A stretch of DNA of 39,588 nucleotides from Nemertoderma westbladi (GCA_032718475.1 JAUCBJ010003445.1:1-39588); one strand, 5' to 3'; numbered from the stretch's first letter, positions 1 through 12,035 are shown. A program made the numbers and translations. Notes: a model not told the origin generated them from the letters alone.

Positions 1-537
1 TAACCCCGAAACCCAATGTTCTTGATATACCGAAGGTAAGAGAGAAAGGTTACCAATAACGATTGTGACTTATGTTAAAGTGGTTTGAAGTGAATCCAAT
101 GTTATTTGATAGACCCTACATGATTCAGTCTGTGTTCCTTTTATATGTGACTAAAATCAGTGAAGATTGGCAGATTAGTGTGCAGTATTGTGCAGCATTG
201 TGTATGAGTGAGTCTGTTAAAGAAGCAATTCCTAAAGAATGCGCCATATATGTGAATTATAATTAAGCCATATCGTTGTGAGTAGTTTAAGTCATAACTC
301 TGTTTATATAGATAAAGCGCCACGTCCTAAAGGAACTGTTAATATTCCCGAAGGTAAATAATATTGTCAGAGATTATATAATACTGTCAGTCGAATAATA
401 CATTAGGCTTACATAGCAACAAAATTAAACCGTCGAACCCAATCTCCCGGGAATATCCAGCGGGTGAATGGTTGCGCACGGATTGGTTTCGACTAGTGTA
501 GTGAATCAAATACTTGTCATAGACTAAAAGTGATTTA

Positions 538-2522
538 TTATCTAGAAGACATTCTAATTTGGCGGGTTAAACTGCCAAAGGTCTGAAAGCGCGAACAACC
601 GGACCGGCGTCTCTTCCGGACACTCCTCTGGACACTCCTCCGGACACTCCTCCAGACACTCCTCCGGACTATTGTCCCCCTGACACTCCTCCGGGTTGTC
701 CTCCGGACGGTGCCCGGTAACATGCACCCTGATGTCTCCGTCACCCTGGATGGAATCTTGGTTTTAACTGGGCCGCTAAGCGTCCATCCGAACGGCGTGA
801 GGATCGCCATCGGATCCCGCTGTCTGTCTTCGCCGAAGACCGTCTGCATTCTCTCATGGGCCGTCGGGCAGTCCATTCCTACTATAATGGATACCTTCCT
901 AACGTCCACCTCTGGTATTGAGAAATCGATACTGTCCAGGAATCTATATTGTTCGACCTCAATGTTGGTTGGTCTCCTGGCATTGATATTTATCGACTCT
1001 ATCACCTGGATGGGGTCGATGGTCGCCCCATAGTCGCATCCCGGTGCTATCGCTGCTATCTTGCACCTCATCCTTACTTGAGACGGTAGTTACCGCCATC
1101 CTATTCTGCCTCGTCTTTAGCCCTATCTCTTCGGCCACCCAATTCTCCACCAGTGTGAAGGCTGCTCCGCTGTCGACCAGCATTAATGTCGTAACTGATT
1201 GACCGCCCCCTCCTGATATCTTCACTGGTACTACCCCGAGTAGTACTTTCCTCTTCCTTCTTGCTACTGTCGTGCTTGTAGCCATTGTTTGGCCTCCAGT
1301 CTCATCGTCTGCTGTTTCTCTACACTCTCCGGATCTGTGTCCTTCTACCACACATCGATGACATAGTCCATTTGCATCTGTGTAGGTTATACGATCTTGA
1401 ATGGGCAACGCTTGCCAGTGCTTACAACTCATGGTCTTATGGGTTCCATCCCGATGTAATTGACATTCGAATCCTGGATTATAGCGTTCCCTGTATAGTT
1501 CTTCACGTATCGCGCGTAGGTTTATATCTACTGATTTAGTGTTTTGGTTATCTAGACTCGGCCTACTGGGTATGTTGGGATTATGTTTATTTGTGGTGTT
1601 ATTTTCTTTCTGTCCCTGCCACGGTGTGGCCCTACTCCCAGCTAACTGTGGGCTTGTAGCCCCCTGTGTGGCCGCGTGTGGTAGCGACTGTCTCACTCTC
1701 GGGAATGGATCTGCAGGATTGTGTTTGGGTTTAGGCCTGTTGTATTCGGTCTTTGGCGCCTTCCCCAAACTATCCTCACTATAGACTGGGTCTGTAATCA
1801 ACTCGGTTTCGTAGTTGAGGAAGTTTGACATTTCCTCTAGCCCTGGCTCCGCACCTTTCTTCTCCCGAGTGGAGAAGGCGACCTTCCTCCACTTGCTCCG
1901 TAGCCAGATCGGCAGTGCCTGCGCTATCGTGGTGATGTTATTAGATGCGTTGAGTTCGTATGGCACGTCTAGTGTCTTCAACACGATTAGTGCCTTCTCG
2001 ACTTTGTTCGCAAACGTCTTTATGCTAATGGGGTTATCCTGTAGGCCACCCGATGTTATACCCCTCAGAGTCTGCCGGATGATCTTGGCTGGGTGTCCGT
2101 ATTCCCTGTCTAGCGCCCGCCATGCAGTTGTGAACCACCCTCGATGCCCTGATACTGCCTCACGATGTCATACGCTGTGCCTCCCGTATATACCTGTAGA
2201 TATTTTAGGCACTCCGCCTGCGTCAAGTTCTTACTTAATATCTCGTTGCTGTACATGCGCCGAAATTGCAGGTATTCTTCCGGCCTACTTCCGTCGAATT
2301 TAAATGGCTCGACTGGTGGTAATTCGATCCTGGTCTTTAATGCATCGATTAGTGTCGCCATTCCCATTGCCTGTGCTTCCAATGGGTTAGAGGGATGCTG
2401 TACAGATTCTCCTGTTGGGTGCGGTCCGCCCGTCGGGCCTGTTGACTTTTGCGTCGGATATATCATTAGGGTAACGGCCCCCTCCATATTTCCGTGTCGC
2501 ACGACCTGTTCTCGTCCAGGGG
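538..2522 (-). pseudogene. Gag core, zinc knuckles and aspartic protease, split by frameshifts near 2135 and ~1070
   Basis: ORFs 2110-2835 (3' part), 959-1984 and 538-1071 join into one Pao-type Gag-PR reading when single-base frameshifts are allowed. Confidence 0.85.
616..708. repeat. 12-bp tandem repeat (ccggacactcct) at the end of the gag-protease frame
   Basis: About 4.5 near-perfect copies at 616-669 plus degenerate copies to 708. Confidence 0.85.
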
Positions 2523-3126
2523 CCCGTATGCTAAGTGATTTTTTTGTGCGCCGAACGCGACGCGGCGCAGAAAAAAATGTGCGCCTGCGCAGTCGAAAAC
2601 AGTGCAAAATCCGCGTGCGTAGCAGAAAAACTGCGCGAGATTGGCGTGCGCAGCCGGCAGCAGAAATTCTGCATGAGATTGGCGCGCGCAGCAGAAATTC
2701 TGCGTGAGATAGGCGTGCACGGCAGAAATACTGCGCGAAATGAAATCTCCTACCACCTACCTGCCTGTCTACTGGCACACCAAGCAGCCAAGAAGGAGGC
2801 TTATTATCTCTTATCTCTATTGTCATTTCATGCATTTCCCTGTCAGCCTGTTGCTGTTACCGGTAGTCGGCAGACTGCCAGGCACCAGGGGTAGGCCTAC
2901 TTCATACTTCATGACTTAGTGCTGTAGTCAGGTTGTGCAAGTCTCAGAGTCTGAGCCGCGCTATCAATTTTCTGCGCCTGCGCCTGTCGCGCCGCGCTCT
3001 AAATTTTCTGCGCCTGCGCACTGCGCGGCGCTGCGCTGCGCTCTCAATTTTCTGCGCCTGCTCCAAATTCTGGAAAAAATTGTGCGCCGAACGCGTTCGG
3101 CGTACATGCCCTACTTAGCAGAATGG
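2523..3126. mobile_element. ~600-bp non-autonomous DNA element (MITE) inserted in gag
   Basis: Flanked by direct repeat tccagggg (2515-2522 and 3127-3134). Imperfect 14-bp TIR cccgtatgctaagt / acttagcagaatgg (11/14). Internal gcgcag/gcagaaa repeats are in opposite orientation in the two halves. Confidence 0.75.
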
Positions 3127-4435
3127 TCCAGGGGGTTCGATGTTCTTATTCCTGTTTGAGTGTATTGTTGATATTGTAATGGGGGAATGTCACCCTGTCC
3201 CCCCCCCCCCCCCCCCCCCCCACCGGTATTATATTTGGTACTGGGGTTGATGTTAATATATTGGGGCCCATACATCTATCTGCAATAACTCTCCCCTCCC
3301 CTGGATATATGTTATGTCCCTGGATATTATAGTCATGCTGCTGTGCTGGTACCGATATAGGCCTATCCACTTCTTGCCTACCTACCGGTATGTACTCCGC
3401 GACTTCCGGGTTTAATACCGTCGTCCGTGCTACCCTATCGCCTACACTATCTCTCCCAGCATGGCCTATAATAGTATGTGCAGTAAGGCCTACATTATGT
3501 CCTGCAGTCTGCATGTGCCCTTTCGAACCGAAGTTTAATCTTCTCGAATCTCGAATCTCCCCGCGACTACCATACTCTCGATCGGCAGCTATATCCCGTC
3601 GGGAAGTTTCTCTTCGATCCCTCTCCTGTTCTCTTCCTCGTACCGGTACATTCCGTACCCCTCTCCTGGCGTGCGGTGCGTTTCTCCGGGGCGACGGCAA
3701 TCTCCCGGAGTTCGACCCCACTGACTCCCTAGCTCCATCTCTACTACCGACGGCTCGCTATCCGTCCTTGCTCTCGTGTTGCTCCTAGCAACGATTCTTC
3801 TATTATCTTCACTTCTTCTCTCTTCGACCTCTCGGTTAAACTCTACTAATCTTCTTCTCTCTTCTGACTGGGCTCAACGTCTCGTCGCTCGTCCACTCTC
3901 GGCTCTAACATCTGACTCAACTCTGTCCGGCTGGACCCTCCTGGGGATACTGGGGATAAAGGATCCCGACCGGTTTGATTTATTTACGCGTCAGCGTCGC
4001 CGTGCGAATGGGAAAAACAGTTTGTCGTTCTTCCAATATTATTGATAATAAGATATATGTATGTTAATGAGATATAGGATATGACAGCACAAGCAGTATA
4101 GATGACAGTATACCGTTAATGATAATATATTGGTGACGGCGGTGACGGTATTAAAGTGTCACCGTACTGTCCTAAGTGACTGAGTAAACTGGACAACCGA
4201 CCGGTAGCAGGACAATATATATGTATGATTAGTACACTACTACGGCCTTCGTCCAGTGGATACTCTCCCCCCCCCCCCCCCCCCCCCCCCCCGCTCTCAT
4301 TGGCTGTTAGCCCACTTCACGCCTCTCACCTCTGTGGGAGTGCTTCCCCCCCGCTGCTGTTACTTTCCCTCTCCAGGAGGTTTAACCTCTGACCTCCTTT
4401 GTGTGTGGCTCTTTGGGGCCGTGTGTTGTCCCCGT

Positions 4436-4485
4436 TATTGGGGGTGATACGAGGTTGATTGTAATCAACCTCGTACTCCCCAATA
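4436..4485. other. Hairpin/palindrome upstream of gag (possible LTR or 5' leader structure)
   Basis: Perfect 13-bp inverted repeat tacgaggttgatt-gt-aatcaacctcgta (4448-4475), extended by tattgggg/ccccaata. Confidence 0.75.
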
Positions 4486-4568
4486 TTGCTTAAAGGCGCC
4501 ACTTCCCAACTTTATGGGGTGGTGGGCGGAATTGAATCCACTCACAGGTAGTAGGTAAAAATAACGTC

Positions 4569-4710
4569 ATTCCCATCTTCCCACATTCCGATTTCCCTAA
4601 ATTCCCATCTTCCTACATTCCCACCTATCTTCCCACATTCCCATCCACCTTCCCACATTCCCATCCACCTTCCCGCATTCCCATCTTCCCACATTCCCAT
4701 CCACCATCCC
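4569..4710. repeat. Degenerate 16-20-bp tandem repeat (cattcccatc[cacc]ttccca)
   Basis: About 7 visible units. Confidence 0.8.
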
Positions 4711-5653
4711 ACCGACCGACCGACCGAGCCACCTACCCACCTCTTTAAACAAATGTTGACCTATTTTATTTCGACTTTCCTGGGCACTCTGGGAAAGTTC
4801 ACATTGGCCTAAAAACAAGTATTTTTTTTTAATTATAGAGACATAAATTCAGGCACTATAATTTCTAATATTCAAGCACTTTGTGTTTCCCTGTATGGGT
4901 TGTACATATCTTAGTTTACATATACTGTATGTCGCTGTATATTGGACTTCTTGGGTCTTAAGTTTAACCCTATACTGGGCTCCCTGATATTAAAGGTAAG
5001 AAAATACAAAGTACTAAATTTGTATAACATTCGAATAATGAATTTATCATGTGTCATGTATGGTTATGTGTCCACATGTTGTGTTATAGCCTGTAGTGTT
5101 CTTCGCATTTTTAACAGTAGCCTATGCCTATGGGGAGTGGTTGTTGTGTGGTATGATAGGTATGTCTGGGGATGGGTAATGTCTACGCATCCTCTAGATA
5201 TTAGCCGCTCTCTTTACTTCTTGTCTGCTATCCCGGGAGGTTGATTGACAGGCATTTCTAAGCTTTGATATTTAGCCGATCTAGGTAGACTTGCATTAGG
5301 CAAATTCAAAGTGATTTCCTAAAGGTTATTTTATTCCTATAAGGATCCAATAGGACGTTATTTGAAAGCGTTACTGTATGATACATAAAGGATAATTACA
5401 TAATTATAATTGCATTAAACATACTGTATAATATTGAATATTATGTCTATTAATTTTGAACGAATTATAGCATTGCCATTCCCATAACAGAAGCTTCCAA
5501 TGCGATTTCGTCGTTAAGGCTGTGACCCTCCTGTGTATCAATACCTTTTACATTAACACAGCGCCAGTTTAGTTTGTACTGTAGCTTCATTAGTTTGGAG
5601 TTTTGGTGCGTGGTATATGTAGACATCTGTAGGTCTGGATCGTTCGCCAATAG

Positions 5654-7946
5654 GGTTAACGGACAGGTTGTATCCAGACAAGTTGTATCCAGACAAGTTG
5701 TATCCAATTTCCTATTCTTAGCTTACAAAAGGACATTTTGTATCCCGATTTTCGAACATGTTGTATCCAACTTATTCACGTTGTAAATTAACTGTAATTC
5801 TATCCTATTGAATAATATAATTAACTAGGCGATCCATAATCATAATACTGTACATTATACGATTAATTAGTTCAGAGCATTTCTTTCTTTCTCCAATCAT
5901 GATTTCTCACTTTAATAGCATTGTGTAATGGAGGTCAAACAAATGACACTGCATCATGAATAGAGGAGGTCAAACAAATGACACTGCATCATGAATATCA
6001 ACTGTAAATCCATGTAGTAACAGTTTAATATTTTAGCGATCTCGATTATATGTTCAATTTGTAAATTACATTTTAATTAATTAATTTTTAGTTATTGTAC
6101 CAATACATTCTTCCTTGTATCAAAAAACTCCATGGCCGTGTATCAAAAAACTATACACGGTAATTCTAAACTTTGCCATGATGGCAAAATGTATTCCAAA
6201 CGGAAAACCAACAAGGATGGGTCTGAAATGTGGGTTTGTACCAAACGACCCCACTGTATTGGTTCCGTAAAGACATTGACTCCACACTCAACCGAAGTCA
6301 TTACTAGTAATCCCCATAACTGTATCGATTCTCCGATTGTGGAATTGTCAGCATTCCGACAGAGAATAGCGGACCAGGCCTCATCATCCCATACCAAACC
6401 CACCCAAATCTATTGTTCCTCACTTCGGGATCTTGATTCAAAGTTGCACACCAGTTTGCCGCAACGTTCATCACTGCTGCGGCAGATACGTCGTGTAAGA
6501 TCACGCCACCTTCCCCCGGATCCGATATCACTAAAGGAACTCTCATTCCATGGTGACTCCATCATAGATTTTTTAACTTCAGATAATGGAGGAAAGTTCC
6601 TCCAATATGACAATGGTGTCAATGCTGATGAGAGAATTGTGGTATTCTGGACCGATGAATCTATGAAATTTCTACGTAGTTCGTCAGAATAGGGAGTTGA
6701 TGGCACATTTGCAATCGCTCCCAAACCGTTTTACCAGTTATATATAGTCTGTGCCAAGGTGTACACTCGTATGCTGATGCTGCCACTGCTTTATGCATTT
6801 CTCGAACGCAAAACAGAAACTACTTACTCTGAGTTATTCAATGTGATCGCCATGCAAGGGGCTTCACCTTCGGTTGTCCACGTGGACTTTGAGAAGGCGG
6901 CACACAACGCAATCATTGCGGCTTTCGGCGACAGTGTGACGTTTGTTTTCTGTTACTTCCATCTCCGGCAAGCGATTAACAAGCGCATTCAAGAGCTTGG
7001 ATTGAAATCTCACTATCAGTCCAATTTGGAGTTTAGGTTATGGGCCTCCAAGATTTCTTCACTTGCTTTGCTGCCAACAGATAAAGTGAAAGATGGGTTC
7101 CGCATAATACAAGACATTGCCCCCCGGGAAGGCTCCGAACTGTTAACCTACTTCGTATTTCGACCGAACCTATCTGAGTGGACCTCGACGTATTCGTAGC
7201 GACAGCAATGGCCTTGTCTCGAAGATACGTCCTGCGGGACCCTTATTTGCAGTTGAGAAGTGGAATGTTCATGCTGCCACATTAAATGACTTTGGCAGAA
7301 CTAACAATGCTTCAGAGGCTGTTAATCGTGATATTTCTACCATTATAGGAAGTAAGCACCCTTCTGTGTGGAAACTTATTGATGCTCTAAAAGCGAAAGA
7401 TGCTGATGTCCAATGTCAACTTGCTCGGGCCGCAGTTGGACAGCTAGAGCCACGTCGAGAAACTTTAGAATCTAAAACATTTGATAGACGCATAAAGACG
7501 CTGCTCTGCACTGAGATTACCAACCAACAGTGCACTCATTGGTGTCGGCGAGAACATAGAGTTATTAAAGAGAAGAAAGTCATTGTTTTCAAATATCAAC
7601 GTAAGTGACTCTGAAATGGACAAGGACTTCAAATAACTCCGTGTAACATTTTGGCTAATAACTTTGTGTAACGTTTTAGTTTAGTTTTAGTAACAATGTT
7701 ATCATGTATTATTATGTGTATTGTATATTATGTTTATTAACTACAGTATTAATGAAAATTATAAGAATAGTTTATAATTCAACTGTGAAATTATTTAGCA
7801 ATTTTTTTATGCCGGGATACAACTTGTCCTTTTTTTTGGAAGACAAGTTGTATCCAGGAAAATTGGATACAAGATGTCTGGATACAACTTGTCTGGATAC
7901 AACTTGTCTGGATACAACTTGTCTGGATACAACTTGTCCTGTAACC
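5654..7946 (+). mobile_element. Full-length Mutator/MULE DNA transposon (2293 bp)
   Basis: Perfect 9-bp TSD cgccaatag (5645-5653; 7947-7955). TIRs ggttaacggacaggttgtatccagacaag / reverse complement ggttacaggacaagttgtatccagacaag, built from 15-bp units. Internal FLYWCH+MULE transposase. Confidence 0.95.
6132..7608 (+). pseudogene. FLYWCH-MULE transposase pseudogene
   Basis: N-terminal Y...WVC...C...HNC FLYWCH-like finger. DDE motifs GVDGTF, VDFE and RTNNASE, plus CYFH. Premature TAG at 6690-6692 (probably Trp TGG) and a frameshift near 7155. Confidence 0.92.
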
Positions 7947-8904
7947 CGCCAATAGTTTCTATCTCTCCTATGTATATTGAGAACCAACCTGCAATAAATA
8001 TAAAACGTTAGTTTGTTACAGTATTTCATAAATTCAGCAGTGGGTGCCAAATACAGTACATGAAGCTTTTAAAAAGCTCATATCTCAGCAATTCCTCATA
8101 GAAGTTCAGAGTTTGCTACTGTACAGTGTACATATTATAATTTGTGGAAGTTGGGTGCCATGCAGTACAAGTTTGGTGTAAGTTGGATGCAGTTGGGTTG
8201 AACTTGGGTGTAGTTGGGTGTTTAGGCAGACCCGTAATCACATAATGACCATTGACCATACCATACCAAACTTTTACAGTACTTTTTAACTACAATATTT
8301 TGTATTTTGCCATCTCGCTCATTGTCTTCTTTGTTTTTATTGGCTTGTTTGTTTTGGGCTTGTTTTGTTCACCGATCATTGTGCTGTGGCTGTCTTTCCC
8401 TCAATTTGTACTGTGGTTGGTGACGTTAACAACATATAGTTTATTGTTTTGGTAAAATGCTGCCGCTGTAACCTGCTCCTTTCCTTACATTTGTAGGTAA
8501 CAACAGCGTTTATTGATTTCCACATTCCCACATTTCCATCCAGCAAACCTAAAACAATAAAAAGTTGTGAAATAATTGTTGAACTGTATCAAAATCTAAT
8601 TAGGCCTACTGTAATACATTATGATAAAATGTATTGTATAATAATTTCAGATCAGACAGTCAGATTCATAATGTAGGTCTACAAAACTTTTACACATTGA
8701 CCTGACTGCGCCTGACACTCGCTAATACTAAATTTTCACACTGACCACAGAACCAAGGCCGCTAGTGATTGACTTGACACTGTAGCGGCGCATATTTCGG
8801 TCCCGTTGCATTTGCTTACAATTAATTATATTTATATAGGCCTACAAGTGTAGTCTGGTAGTGTAGTGTAGACTACACTGGTATACACGTTTTGTATGCG
8901 TTTC

Positions 8905-9015
8905 TCCTGTTCTCACTCGTTTGTACTCTTTTGTACTATTTGTGCACTCTTTTGTACTATTTTTGCACTTTATTGTACTCTTTTGTACTATTTTGTACTT
9001 TTTTGTACAGATTCG
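8905..9015. repeat. 10-11-bp tandem repeat (ttttgtactc/a), probably a DNA-element end
   Basis: About 8 copies of tttgtact ending in cagattcg. Confidence 0.7.
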
Positions 9016-9139
9016 TCGGACCGATTTCAAGTAGAGTGGATGGGTCTGTGGGTGCCAGTTCATTTCTACTGTTACATGTCATCCATCTGTCTGTCTGTCC
9101 ATATGCGCGCTAGGATCCTCAATCTTAATGCGCGCCACC

Positions 9140-9677
9140 CAGGCTGCAAACCACCACTGTGCACTGAACCACGCACAAAACGCCTGCGCACAATTTTTCA
9201 GCCGCGCAATATTGGACAATACACCGTGCACCGCGCATGCACCGAAAAAAACGCGCACACCACATTTTAACAAAAAAAAAACGAAAAATACAAAAATATA
9301 CGCGAGCGAAGCGAGCAAAAGTTTTTCAATAGGCTAACATTGCAAAACTGCAAAATGAAAAAGAAACGCGTGCAAATATCAAAGTGAGCGAAATTTAGAC
9401 ATTTTAGAAATCTGACAATGAAAAATGCAAAGAAACGCGAGCGAAATTTTTTGTGGAAAATTATTTTTCTCAGTTTGCATGCATGTAAACTTTTTTAGAC
9501 CTCATCCGCCTCTCCGCGCACTTTATGACTTTTAATATTTTGCACAGATTACTGCTCACTTTTGTTGTCTTTCACATAAATTCGCGCACTTTTATTTCAA
9601 TTCCGCGCGCTTTTACAGTGCACTATTTCAAATACGCGCATAACGCGTTGCGATTTTTGCACTTCATTTGCAGCCTG
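9140..9677. mobile_element. Putative MITE with 11-bp TIR
   Basis: caggctgcaaa (9140-9150) / tttgcagcctg (9667-9677), with internal cgcgca and gcgagcgaa motifs. No TSD found. Confidence 0.55.
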
Positions 9678-10102
9678 CTGGCCTGGCGCGCCACATGACC
9701 CTGTTGCTCCGCGCCAGAATCCTTAATCTGTTAATGCGCGCCATACACTGACACATACACTGACTCTACATAAATTCCAACCTGGCTTGTAACTAAAAAA
9801 TGAATGAAAACAGAAAGATTCTTACATTACCACTTACAGAGGGAGATGTAACTAACAGACTAACTCTCTTTCAAATTTCATGCAATTATATAAAAATGGG
9901 GGGGGGGGGGGGGGGGGGGGTCCAACGTCCAGGTATCTCAGTATCTGAATAAAGACACTATATTCCAGGACATTTTGTATATGGCATGCAGTTATGGCAT
10001 GGAATCACCTTTCCTTGAGCCTAACTTTGACCTGTTGAGACGAGATAGGCCTATTAATTCAGTAATTCACCGAGATGTATTTGCTGTCTCTGGAATTTAT
10101 AG

Positions 10103-10126
10103 CGGTCAAGGGTCAAGTGAGCCAAT
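10103..10126 (+). promoter_or_regulatory. Candidate DR1 nuclear-receptor element plus CCAAT box upstream of API5
   Basis: cggtca-a-gggtca (10103-10115) and ccaat (10122-10126), about 180-200 bp before the ATG. Motif match only. Confidence 0.3.
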
Positions 10127-10299
10127 TTCAGCATTTTAAGAGTTTACATAAATTAGGAGGTGCCAAAATAATTACCGCAGCTAGCAGGCTAGACAATTTA
10201 GTAACTGTACCGGTAGGTGATTTAGAATTATATTACAAAGAAACTTCAGACAACCTAAGCTGCCAAATTCTCAAATCTAAATCGTAGATAATCAGGATA

Positions 10300-11151
10300 A
10301 TGCCGACGGTGGAAGAATTGTACTCGTTCGCTGAAGAGTTGATTGGATCGGGAGAAGATTTAGCGAGCAAGGAAGAAACCTACATCCGGATAACACAGGC
10401 CTCTAAGGGATCCCACCAAGAGAAGAAGTTAGCGGGTCAGTTCATCATTCGTTTCTTTAAACACTTCCCGGGTGCCGTAGAAACAGCGATAGACGCGCAA
10501 CTGGATCTGTGTGAGGACGACGACCCGGACATCCGGAGACAGGCGATCCGTGGACTGCCGCAGATGTGCCGCGACAACATCGCCGTGCTCCCCAGGATCG
10601 CGGACGTCCTCGCTCAGTTGCTGCAGTCGGAGGACGCGGCCGAGATCGGTGTCGTCCACACAGCGCTCACCCATCTGTTTAAGATCGACCTAAAAGGGAC
10701 GCTAAGCGGGATTTTCGATCAACTGGCCAGCGGGGATGAGTTGGTTAAAGAGCGAGCTTTAGCGTTCCTTCAAGAGAAACTCAAAACGATAACGATTGGG
10801 AAGGAAGTTCAGACGTTCTTAGCTACTCGGATTAAAGAGACAGTTAAGTTTGTTGGAGGAGAGGAGTTCCTCGGGTTGGTTAAGATGATGGCGTCGTTAC
10901 CGTCAATGCAGACGGTGAGCGGGAGACAGGAGATGATCGAGCTAATAGAGGAGCAAGCCGGTTTGAACGAGGAGTTTAATCCGAAAGACGAGGAGTCCGT
11001 GAATCGGGTTATTCTTTGCGGGAAGGAGTTGCTTCCTTACCTCAGTAAGAACGTCCATTGCGAGAAGTTCTTTAATTATTTGTGTTCCAGAGTTGTTCCC
11101 ACCTTGTCGTTGATACAGTCCACAGACGGAGAGACCAATAGTCGGGATGAG
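10300..11151 (+). CDS. API5: Apoptosis inhibitor 5 (AAC-11), coding exon 1
   Basis: MPTVEELY...EKKLAGQFIIRFFKHFP...AIDAQLDLCEDDD...IRRQAI...ADVLAQLLQ matches the API5 N-terminus. 284 codons, then phase-0 donor GAG|gtaata at 11152. Confidence 0.95.
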
Positions 11152-11297
11152 GTAATAATGGTAAAGTAGGTTTGTAATGATTGGGTTACTTTAAAAATTT
11201 CTCGAAAATGGGGCCATAATGTAAATAACTCGTTATACTTTGTATACATACTTATCTCTACCAAACTAACTAATGTCACTTATATCTTCTCGTTTAG

Positions 11298-12035
11298 GTT
11301 GTGAAACTTTTAGCGGATATGTCTACCCACTCTGTGGCCGATTCCTCGCTGGTTGAACCGCTCTTCCAATGCCTCCTCGACGTTATGCCCACTCCTCCGG
11401 ACGACCTGGAAGCAGCCTCCAAGGGCCTCGAGGAACCCAAACAAGAGTTCAGTCTGGTCGAGAGTCTATTGTTTACGTTCCATCAGCTGGTCGCGAATTC
11501 CCCAACCTTCCTCATCGACTCACCGGACAAACTGTCCGACTTCCGGGTCCGGCTACACTACTGCGCCCGAGGCGTCCAGGTCTATATACGCCAGCTACGC
11601 ACCGCGCTGTCCAACAAAGACGCGCTGGAGTTAAAGAAGCCTGAGAACAAACTCAAAGCGATCGCTCTTAAGGTCACCACCAACATCAACTCACTTATTC
11701 GCGATTTCTTTCACAACCCGCCGGTTTATAAGACGCAGATCAGCCCCTCCTGGAGGTCCGTCGTCAAACTCAACAAACCCGGAGAAAAGCGACTCAGTAC
11801 CGGTGAGGACGACGGCGTTGTTGCGAAGAAGGTACCGGCGCCGGTGTACGCACCGCCCACTGGTCGCTATAGTAACAGCATAACAGGTCGTCTAGGCGGG
11901 GCAGTTCGTACCAGTGGTACAGTTCGTACTACCGGTACAGTTCGTACGGATGGTACAGTTCGTACCGCCGCGTCGACTAACAAACCCAGTAGTAAAGGGA
12001 CCGGCAATATCAAATACCCGGGGCAAATTGTGTGA
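11298..12035 (+). CDS. API5: Apoptosis inhibitor 5, coding exon 2 (about 529 aa in total)
   Basis: Acceptor cttctcgtttag|GTT at 11297 with upstream ctaac branch. VVKLLADMS...EFSLVESLLFTFHQL...DFRVRLHY.ARGVQVYIRQLR...DFFHNPP.YK..I.PSW are conserved API5 motifs. Ends in TGA. Confidence 0.95.
   Translation, partial: VVKLLADMSTHSVADSSLVEPLFQCLLDVMPTPPDDLEAASKGLEEPKQEFSLVESLLFTFHQLVANSPTFLIDSPDKLSDFRVRLHYCARGVQVYIRQLRTALSNKDALELKKPENKLKAIALKVTTNINSLIRDFFHNPPVYKTQISPSWRSVVKLNKPGEKRLSTGEDDGVVAKKVPAPVYAPPTGRYSNSITGRLGGAVRTSGTVRTTGTVRTDGTVRTAASTNKPSSKGTGNIKYPGQIV

Larger units (their letters stand above)
538..3960 (-). mobile_element. Decayed BEL/Pao LTR-retrotransposon gag-protease region, interrupted by a MITE; no pol visible in window
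   Basis: Minus-strand frames give FKFDGSRPEEYLQF...CLKYLQVY...(frameshift ~2135)FTTAWRALDREYGHP (Pao Gag/DUF1759-like), LPIWLRSKW, zinc knuckles CQLHRDGTHKTMSC and CHRCVVEGHRSGEC, aspartic protease LVDSGA, and IIVGMD...PMAILTPFGWTLSGP typical of Pao protease. The 5' limit is approximate. Confidence 0.85.

Noticed and set aside
2466-3159. Arg/Ala/Cys-rich ORFs over the MITE in gag
   Set aside because: Translations of GC-rich internal repeats of the insertion.
4131-4145. tggtgacggcggtga as a tRNA-Leu-like primer-binding site
   Set aside because: It is on the strand opposite to gag and only a partial match.
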